Source: Octopus vulgaris
Lineage: Eukaryota
Assembly (NCBI GenBank): GCA_951406725.2
Contig: OX597822.1
Location: 103,292,001 to 103,356,000 of the forward strand
Direction of reading: 5' to 3'
Length of the DNA stretch: 64,000 bases
Below, in pieces: positions 54,545 to 64,000 of this stretch. Each line of letters begins with the position of its first letter. Position 1 is the first letter of the stretch. The notes beneath the pieces are model-generated. The model saw only the letters and a list, made by a program, of their open reading frames with translations. It did not search any database and had not been told where the DNA came from. The position numbers and the translations under genes were made by a program.

Positions 54545-54640
54545 CACACACATATATATTTATATATATAGAGATAATGAAGTTAGTTTTAACATTCTGT
54601 CACGATATGTATAGTGAATTACTTAAGGACGCATCACACA

Positions 54641-54743
<103 letters not shown>

Positions 54744-55191
54744 AACAAAACAAAGCAAATTTAAAGTCAATGACTCCATCTAACATTCTTGCTGCTTATT
54801 TCATATTTCCATTCATTTTGTCTCAAAAAATATTTTTTGTGAACTTCATGTTGTCTTCTGAGATATATGCAAATTATATAAATTTTTTAACAAGGCGGAC
54901 GACTAAAGCCCACGTTTTCAGATTTAAATGTTGAATAACGTAGGATTGTGACGTTGATGCCTTTCTGATATACAATTGCTGTTTTTGTTGTGGTTTGTAA
55001 AGCTCTAAGTCGGCTCTGATCGTCAGATTTACAAGTCAAAATTGCTCTGGCTCCGATATACCCATCAGCTCATGTACGACAGATCACATTTGACCAGTGA
55101 GTCGCACGTCTCAATCTTTCTTTCTCTGTCAGTCTGTATGTCTGTGTGTCTGTCTATGTGTTTGTCTGTTTGTCGAGGTCTGTTTATTAGA

Positions 55192-55606
55192 GGGCGGCGA
55201 GCTGACAGAAACGTTAGCACGCCGGGCGAAATGCGTAGCCGTATTTCGTCTGCCTTTACGGCCTGAGTTCAAATTCCGCCGAGGTCGACTTTGCTTTTCA
55301 TCCTTTCGGGGTCGATTAAATAAGTACCGGTCACGCACTGGAGTCGATATAATCGACTTAATCCGTTTGCCTGTCCTTGTTTGTCTCCTCTGTGTTTAGT
55401 CCCTTGTGGGTAGTAAAGAAATAGGTATTTCGTCTGCCGTTATGTTCTGAGTTCAAATTCCGCCGAGGTCGACTTTGCTTTTCATCCTTTCGGTGTCGAT
55501 TAAATAAGTACCAGTTATGCACTGGGGTCGATTTAATCGACTTAATCCGTTTGTCTGTCCTTGTTTATCCTCTCTGTGTTTAGCCCCTTGTGGGTAGTAA
55601 AGGGAT
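55192..55606 (+). mobile_element. SINE family A1 dimer with TSD
   Basis: One head and two bodies. TSD AGGTCTGTTTATT at 55176-55188 and 55607-55619. Confidence 0.92.
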
Positions 55607-56199
55607 AGGTCTGTTTATTTGTCTCTATCTCTTCCTTTTGTCCTTCTCCTTTAAAGGCGATAGGAGTCTGGCTGTTATTTCCAGTTGGGCAAACAGCTGC
55701 ATAGAGGCTCACTCATTGTAACATAAATTGTTGATGCTTAATCCCAGATGAACTCTGAATGACTAATGATCAAAGAATTTCCAGCTGGGATCATTCCACT
55801 TTTATTGCAGGCAGTATATTTTAGCATAATGTCCTCCCACGTATCCTGTCTTTGTTTTGAAAAGGCCGATAGGATGTCAAGTGAGTGAGATTTGGCTGAT
55901 GTTTCTAAACAGCTGAGCCACCTTCTAAATGCTTACATCATCTTTAGGCTACGATGTACATTGTTGCTGCCATCTAGCCCCAATTCATCCTTCATTCAGC
56001 AGAACCTCAACCAGAAAACCATCTCGTTGTTGGAATGTAATCTTCCACATCATCATCGTAAAGTCACTAAGGAATGATTTGAGGTTGATTAAACAGCTAT
56101 TTTAGCAGGTCATGGGACCATGTAGAAGCTTACTTGTTGGCTTGCAATGCATCTATCTGAATCATTTTGACATAAAGTAGTCTTCTGCAATGTACATTG

Positions 56200-57345
56200 T
56201 TCTCTTTACTGTCCTTTTCTTTTTATAGAACACATCACAAATAACTAGAAGCGACTTATCTTGAAAATCGACAAAAAATTTGACATCCTGCTGTTATCAG
56301 TTACATATAGAAAAAAGCTTTAGCTTCAAGGACATTCATACTATTGTGGCTGCTACATTAGGAGTTGGCGCTCTAGTTTTATCAACATTGCAAAAATGGG
56401 CAGCAGAGTTTAGGTGGGGAAGGGAAAGTCTTGAAAATATCTCAAGGCCTAGACATCGTGCAAATGCCACCACTGACGAAAACATTGACTGTGTTCACCA
56501 CATGGTGAACACAATATATACATAAAAACAAATAGCCAATGCTATTAGCGTATCCCATGGGAGAGTAGAGACTGTTCTGCACAATAAATCTGGCACGACG
56601 AAGGGTTCTGTTCGGTGGTTGCCACGTCTTCTGACCCCTGGGCAAAAACGCACTAGGATGACCGCATCACACTGTTTGAGGTAGATCCAGCTGGTTTCCA
56701 CGAAAGTTTCCGAAGCCAGGATGAGTGTTGGCTTTATGACTTTGAGCCAGAGGCAAAGAGACAATCCATGCAATGGGAACACCACTCCTCACCTATTCCA
56801 AAGAAGGCCAAGGTCGTTTCATCTGCAGAGAAGGTGATGGTCTCAGTTTCTTGGGAGTGTTTATTGACTATCTTCAAAAGAGCCACACCACCAATGGAGT
56901 GTACTATGTCAACTTGCTGAGGCAGTTATGAAAGGCTGTCAAGACCAGACACTCAGGAAAACTGGCGAAAGGAATCTTGTTTCATCGGGACAATGTTCAA
57001 GCGTACACAAGTTCTTGGTTTAAATGGCTACTGCGCGTGACTGTGGCTTTGAACTGGGTGATCATCCTCCCTAATTCTGCTTTGATCCCATCTGACTATA
57101 ATCTATTCTCCAACATGAAAAAACACATGGCTTCGAACCAGTATCGCAGTGATAGTGACCTCATATCTGCTGTTGATGAGATTTCTTTGCCCAACAGGAT
57201 GAAATCTTATTCACCAATGGGTTCCAAGCAGTGCGACACCAATGGAATAAGTGTGTGGGTTGCAGGGAGGACAATGTTGAAAAATAAACCTCATTTGGTT
57301 ACATTCCATGAGAGCATCTTAGTCAGCCCATGAACTTTCAGCCGA
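56200..57345 (+). mobile_element. mariner transposase pseudogene
   Basis: STLQKWAAEFRWGRESLE, RWLPRLLT, AEKVMVSV, LFHRDN and PSDYNLFSNMKKH. Many stops and frameshifts. Confidence 0.88.
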
Positions 57346-57370
57346 TTCTCCTTTACGTGTATTGATGTGT

Positions 57371-57416
<46 letters not shown>

Positions 57417-57451
57417 TGTCTTTTCTTTCTCCTTTCTCTCTCCTTTTCTAT

Positions 57452-57883
57452 TACTCTTACTCTTTTACTCTTTTACTTGTTTCAGTCATTTGACTGCGGC
57501 CATGCTGGAGCACCGCCTTTAGTCGAGCAAATCGACCCCGGGACTTATTCTTTTTTGTAAGCCCAGTACTTATTCTATAGGTCTCTTTTTGCCGAACCGC
57601 TAAGTGACGGGGACGTAAACACACCAGCATCGGTTGTCAAGCAATGCTAGGGGGACAAACACAGACTCAAACATACACACAAATACATATATATACACAT
57701 ATATATATATACATATATACGACAGGCTTCTTTCAGTTTCCGTCTACCAAATCCACTCATAAGGCATTGGTCGGCCCGGGGCTATAGCAGAAGGCACTTG
57801 CCCAAGATGCCACGCAGTGGGACTGAACCCAGAACCATGTGGTTGGTAAGCAAGCTACTTACCACACAGCCACTCCTGCGCCT
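57452..57883 (-). mobile_element. SINE family B, full length
   Basis: Homology to other B copies. Confidence 0.92.
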
Positions 57884-58997
57884 ATTATGTCATAATCTGT
57901 GTTTATCTGTGTCATTTGCTTTCTTTCTGATCCGCACTCAAAACACTTATAAAATGCCTTGCCACCTACATGCACGCATGCATATTAGTGTGTGCATGCA
58001 TGAGTGTATATACGCATAATAAGCGTTGGGGGATTGGTTAGCAGTAGCGGAATGGGTCTAGAAATATCGGTTGCCAGGGGACTAAGGGGACTAAGGGGAC
58101 CCACTCGCAACTACAATGCTATCATTTAATTTTTATAACGAATAAAGAAACTTTTCAAAAATACGTAAATAGAAACAAAAAGATGCAATTCAAATGTATT
58201 TTTTTGGTGCTCTTGAAGTTGCGATTTTTGAAATTTTTTTTCATAATAGGAATCTTCATTGCCTAAAACGTGGGTTTCCATAAAAAAAATTTTTTTAAAA
58301 GGTGGGCGGAGAGAGGTTCCAGATTACATATACTCCAAGTGCGCCTATTTTTCAATAATTACAATGTACATGTATTGTGCATCTTACTGGCAGTATACAG
58401 TAATACCAATTGTAAATTCAGAATGAATGTTTAAATAAATACTTTGGTGAATATATATTATAGTGTGCTGCTATTTTCGACGTGTACTGTTATTTTGAAA
58501 ACGTTTACCTAAACTAAAAATAAGACCAATAAATCTATAAACTAATTTCATTATTTTAAATGAAGACATTTTACTGTCAATGAGATAATTTTGCCTTCTC
58601 ATGAAAATCACAGAATCGTATTCAGAACCATGTCGTCATACATATGCACCATTTGTTTGCTAGTTTGCTTTTTACGAAAGAGATTTGTTTCAAACAACCT
58701 GTTCATTTATTGTTTTTAATTAAACGAACATATGCCAAGAATTCTGTCACCACCACTTCGATTGCTAAAAATAAAGAATAAATTTACATGGTTTTAATTT
58801 CTCCTACATTTAATATTATACTTTCATCTATTATTCTTTTTTCTCTGCTCTTGCCATTATTTTTTTTATGAAACCCTTATAACATTTTCAAAATAGCAGC
58901 ATACTATGCTTTTGTGTAGGACATCCACAAAATGAGATAAGTGGACTGTTCCATTACGGATAAATAAGTAAACAGACACGAGGTAGGCTGTTAAAAA

Positions 58998-60705
58998 CAG
59001 TTATTTTGTCGTTCAGTTGCATTGGTTTGGTACACACGTGTTTTTGGCTGTCCTGGTGGAGCGACGTTTTCTCCCTTGTATAACGGAGGGGCGTCGAGCG
59101 AGAAATTGGGAGAAGCTGAGGTATTCTTCCCTAGAATGTGATTCGTCTGAGGAGGAATTAGTTGAATACTTAAACAAGATGGACAACGAAATGGGGAAGA
59201 GAAATTATGCAGCGGCAGCTAGAGAAAAAGAAGTTGAAGAAATGAAACTGGAAGAGCTGTGTGAGTTCAAGGAAATGATTGATGGGAGGAGAACGATATG
59301 AAGGTGTTCCCCCCCCCCCCAATATTAAAGGACAAGGAAGAAAGAAGTATTGTATACATAACTTACGCCAGAGCAACAAGAAAATTGAAGAGGTGTCGGA
59401 AGCACGGGTGGAAAAGGCACTGAGGTCAGTCTGACAGGAGATAGCATACCTTGCCAGAGGCCGAAAATTTGGAACGGTGGAGGTGCATTTTAGGGAGATA
59501 GCTACTGCCAGACTGTATTCGGCCACACGACTGAAGACAGATGAAGTGGTACTTCTACCCATGTACCTTGGGAGACATACTTCCAGGGTGCGAGTGGAAG
59601 GCATACCACCAGAAATGAATGTAGCCTGGCTGGTGGCTGCCATACTACTGGGCATGGAAGAGAAGGTGGTGCTTCTGCAGGCCACCAGAACGTCCCACAC
59701 GCATTAAAAGGGACAAACCATTGAAATGGTGGTACAGGTCGCGTAGGAGGTATTGGTAAAAATAGTCGAAAGTATCCGAGTGGAAAGGAGGTTTCCACAA
59801 TGATATAAATGTGGCGTGAAAGGTCACATTAAAGTGGAGTGTCCTCCACTACTAGAAAGGAACAAGGAGAGACAGGAGGAAAAAGTGGTTGGTGTTACAC
59901 TGCCTGTGGAGGAAGAAATACGGGAGGTGGAACCACAGAAGACAGGCACAAGTGTTGAGAAGGAGGAAGAATCAGACACCAGTTGGGAAATGGTGGAGAA
60001 AAAGAGCAGGAAGAGAAGGAAAAAGACACACAAGGTAAAAGATGACACCAAATCACATCCACACGGTCCTCACCCACACCCACTCTACCTCAACCACGCC
60101 CCACAGACACCAACTCTCCCCATGCCCAGCCTGAAAAAAAACTATGGCAAACACACAGGAGCCTCAAAACTACTCACCATCGCCCTGTAATGAAGAATTC
60201 ATATTAATGTACAATGGACAGATTGAGGAACTGGATAACGAAGTAAATTCGTTGGATGGAATAGTCAAGGTGGATATAGTCGGTGTAAGGGGGTCTGCCC
60301 GAGAACAATTATTGTGTGCTGATGGATCTGGAGAACCTGTGGAAGGTGCATAGGTATATAGCAAATTGTGATGTGAATGGTGGTCCAAAAAAATAGACAC
60401 CACACAATGCCGAAAAAAATAAGGTACGTGGACATTAAAAAAATATATAATATAGACATTTTGGGAAAAGAGAGGGATTAACTATTGCGTAAATAATTGT
60501 GTTCAAATGATATATCAAATTGGCTGTTACAAAGGGTGATGCAAATGGTGTTGCTACAAGTTCAATGAAGTCGCTCGGAGGCGGGGGCCGAGCGACTTCA
60601 TTTCATCCTTCATCCTATAATTTCATTCATTTCATTCGTTTCGTTTTTTGTCCCCACCATGTGCTGTCCCCTCTGTGTAAGACCTTTATGGCCATAAAAC
60701 AAAAA
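58998..60705 (+). mobile_element. ORF1-only L1/Tx1-like non-autonomous retroelement, unit 1 (degenerate)
   Basis: GRKFGTVEVHF...LLPMYLGRHTSRVRVEGIPPE, zinc knuckle (C>stop)YKCGVKGHIKVECP and A-rich tail. No EN/RT motifs seen. Confidence 0.7.
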
Positions 60706-60712
60706 GTGAAGA

Positions 60713-61515
60713 CAGTTATTTGTCAATCGTTGAGTGGTTTAATTTGTTGAAGGCTTCTGGCCAGGTACGTCGAACTACTAAAAATTGTTACTATTATTGT
60801 AAAATTTGTTGTGTTTTTTTTCAAAAGCACACAGCTTGTTTAGCAGGCTTGTGTTTTTATTGTATTTTCTCCCGTTCAGGATGAAAAGTAGGATGCCTGA
60901 AATGAACATTATATAGAAAGGGAGCGGTCGAAAGTGGAGTTAGCTCCTCCGGAGAAATTAACCAAAGACGTGAGAAGAAAAACAAAGTGCATCTTGGTAG
61001 ATAATCTGAAATATGAAACTTTAAAAAACACTTCAAATCGTATATTGATTCACTGGGGGTAGAGGTGAGGTTTGAAACCCTACCTCTGGTGGTGGAATTT
61101 AATGAACTAAAACCGTATTGAACAGTAATAACGTGAATGCTTGAGGATGGGGCTCTAACGATAGCGTTCATCCTCATTTATATATATTTTTTCTCTTTAC
61201 TACCCACAAGGGGCTAAGCACAGAGAGGGCAAACAAGGACAGACAAAGGGATTAAGTCGATTACATCGGTCCCAGTGCGAAACTGGTACTTTATTTATCG
61301 ACCCCGAAAGGATGAAAGCCAGAGTCGACCTCGGTGGAATTTGAACTTAGAACATAGCGGCAGACGAAATACCGCTAGGCATTTCGCCCGGCGCGTTAAC
61401 ATTTCTGTCAGCTCGCCGCCCTTTATCGTTTTATATTTTATGTCCCCTCGTGTATTGACTCTGTCTGTCCTTGCACCTCTATGTTTCGCCCCCTGTAGGC
61501 AATAAAGAATCAAAG
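60713..61515 (+). mobile_element. Short retroelement unit 2 sharing termini with units 1 and 3
   Basis: 5' CAGTTATTTGTC and 3' CTGTCTGTCCTTG...GCCCCCTGTAGGCAATAAAGAA. Confidence 0.5.
61192..61421 (-). mobile_element. SINE family A1 nested in unit 2
   Basis: Homology to 55192-55425. Confidence 0.88.
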
Positions 61516-61517
61516 AA

Positions 61518-63247
61518 GAGTTCTTTTGTCAAATCATTTGTGATTCAGTTGCTTGTTTGATATTTTATTGAGGGTTTACTCGCGCAAGACTGCCCATTGT
61601 TGGAACAATTGTGAAGTTGTTATATGTAGTCTGTTTGGCAGTTTTGTTTCTTGTGTTTTTTCCCCCATTTGGGGGTGAAAATTGGTTCCCATCTCAGTAT
61701 GGAAGTGGACACCACACCAAGCTATGCGACTGCCGCAGGAGCGGGAAAGAATGTTGCTGCCTCGTTCACCAGGATATGCTGGATGCATGTCAACAGTTTA
61801 TTCAGGAGGGGACAGCGTTGAAGGTAGCCCTTCCCGAAGAAAGTGTAGAATAGAAAAGGAAAAGAACCGTGGTCTACAGGACGCAAGCGACCTCATCGCG
61901 GAGGATAGAAGTGGCCTCTGAGAGAGACATAGAGAGATGCTTACTGCTGGTAATGGCGGAGGCAACCTTCATTAACAGTGGAAAGAAGTTCGGCACGATG
62001 GAAGTGCGGTTCGTCACCGAAGAAGAGGCAGTGAAGCACTCCACGAGAGTGTTAAGGTCGGTAGACTTAACACTGCCGACCTACATGGGAAGACGAAACG
62101 CGAGAATAAGAATCAGAAGGATTCCACCAGAAATAAAAGGAGTGTTGTTGGTGGCTGCCATTATGTTTGCCACCCAGGAAGATGCAAAACTAATGCATGT
62201 TGGAAGAACACAACATGTGAATTGATGGAGATATGACCTGGGAATCTTGCTCCAGGCCACACACTATGACCTCGAATAGTTGCCGTACGAGATTAGCATA
62301 CCAGAGGAAAATACGCTAAGGGTAGTAGTATAGGGAAGGAGACCAACTGCCACCTATGTGGACGCAGAGGACACATAAAGATTCACTGCCCCGACTACAA
62401 GCCACCCCAAACCTAGAGGAATGTGGCGGAGATCCAGGCTGAGAAGACAACGAAGCCCCAGACCGAAAACTCTATGGAGGAGCCGCTGAACGAAAAATCT
62501 ACGACAGAAACAAGGAGCGTTGCTGAAGATACGAGGAAAAAGGAGATAAAAGGTACCCCAACTAAAGAGGAAGAGAAAACACCCACAGAAAATAAACACG
62601 AAAACACCTATTCATGGACATATCACTCCCGTCCACAGAACTGAAAAACAAAAACATACCATTCAGTCCGGCCTAGCCGGACAGGTACTCAAAGATACAC
62701 ATGCTCACAGACACACATAAGCAAGAAAACACACACACAACCAAACCACTTAGGCCCCCACAGAAAACCAAACAAACAGCATACACAACATTTTATAACA
62801 AAAGCGTGAACATAGAGAACATGTTAACGAAATGGAAGAAAACAAGGGTAAAACCGCCTGCAGGGGATTTCCCCGTCAACAAAAAACGCGTCCTGTGGGA
62901 CTTGGAAAAAATATATAAAGTTAAAGACTTTTGGGTTTGATGTGGACCTCATAGGGCAGGACGTGGGGGTTGATACCCTGTCTCTAGCCTCTGAATACAG
63001 AGGTGAAAGCACTAAAAGTAAGCGACAGATATTTTAAAGTAAAACATTTTTAGATGAACTATGAAAAAAAAAAAAGATTTAAAAGTGCATTAAATGTAAC
63101 TGCTCGAGTAGCCATTGCATCCACACATCCATATAACACCACCTCATCAATTCATTCGCTTTATTTTTTTTCCCCGCTGCATGTTTTGTCTGTTCTTGTA
63201 CTATCCCATCTGTGTCGGGCCCCTAGTGGCTGATAAAGAAATAAAAG
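61518..63247 (+). mobile_element. ORF1-only L1/Tx1-like non-autonomous retroelement, unit 3 (degenerate)
   Basis: GKKFGTMEVRF...TLPTYMGRRNARIRIRRIPPE, CHLCGRRGHIKIHCP and tail TTGTCTGTTCTTG...GCCCCTAGTGGCTGATAAAGAAATAAAA. Confidence 0.7.
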
Positions 63248-63481
63248 TACACAATTAAGAACAGTGTCGAGCGAAGATACAATGATGGACTACATGCTGT
63301 GGATAATATTAAAATTCCTGTTGAAGAGCATTCGATCTATACGCAAGGGAAGGATCTAAAGGAGAGCATTAGAATTTTTTTTTTCCTGGGAAAAATTGAA
63401 AACGAAAAAAAAAAAATTTCTGTGATAAAATTCTGTCAAAATAATAGTTCTATGTTGAAGAAAATGGAAATTGAAAAATTA

Positions 63482-63527
<46 letters not shown>

Positions 63528-63807
63528 TAATAATAATGATAATAATAATAATAATAATAATTCTGTGTAATTTTTTTTGGGTGGGTGTTATGTAGGACAC
63601 CTCCAAAGTGAGATGTAGCGGACAGACACGACCTCGGCGAAGACAGTGGTCTTTGACGAGAAGCCAAAAGGAAAACATATACATGTACCAATTTTTATTT
63701 TATTTTAAATAATTGGTGGATATTTTTAAATAGTTTAATTGTACTGCAGACTTTACACATTGACAGATAATTCAAACGTACAAAACTTGTATCACATGCA
63801 ATACACT

Positions 63808-64000
63808 ATATTAAGAACAATCGTTTGAGTTCACTAGATGATTAAGCGAAAATGTCAATAACTGCTTCGGTATCCAATTCATCTAAGAATTCCTTTTCAA
63901 CGGATAGCAACATGTACGCTTCCAAGTTCTCCTCAGACAGCGAACTTCTTAGCCTTGTCTTTATAATCTTTAACTTTGAAAGTATCCTCACACATTGAAC
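63808..64000 (-). pseudogene. hAT (Tip100/ZMYM1-like) transposase C-terminal dimerization domain
   Basis: LSKLKIIK/RLRSSLSEENLEAYMLLSVEKEFLDELDTEAVIDIFA*SSSELKRLF. Confidence 0.8.

Overview
AT-rich, microsatellite-saturated eukaryotic non-coding DNA, most likely an octopus (cephalopod) intron or intergenic region. The taxon is inferred from the repeat families and cannot be proven here. I could not identify any host protein-coding gene or intact RNA gene, and nearly all ORFs in the supplied track are microsatellite or SINE artefacts. The window is a layered transposon graveyard. It holds four tRNA-derived SINE families (my labels A-D) with swappable 3' tails and Penelope-like elements (PLEs) whose pseudo-LTRs carry hammerhead-ribozyme-like folds. 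It also holds R4/Dong, HERO, RTE and CR1-type LINE remnants, a Chapaev3-like transposon with TIRs and TTA TSD, Tc1/mariner and hAT remnants, and non-autonomous Helitrons. Highlights: (1) a head-to-tail cluster of three retroelements at 59.0-63.2 kb with shared termini and a 3' tail also used by SINE A1; two encode only an ORF1 (HAL1-like). (2) A 1.95-kb PLE unit bracketed by two hammerhead folds with a non-canonical core shared across the family. (3) A SINE/LINE pair whose 3' hairpin shows compensatory changes. (4) Long near-perfect palindromes. All coordinates and alignments were read by eye and may be off by a few bases.
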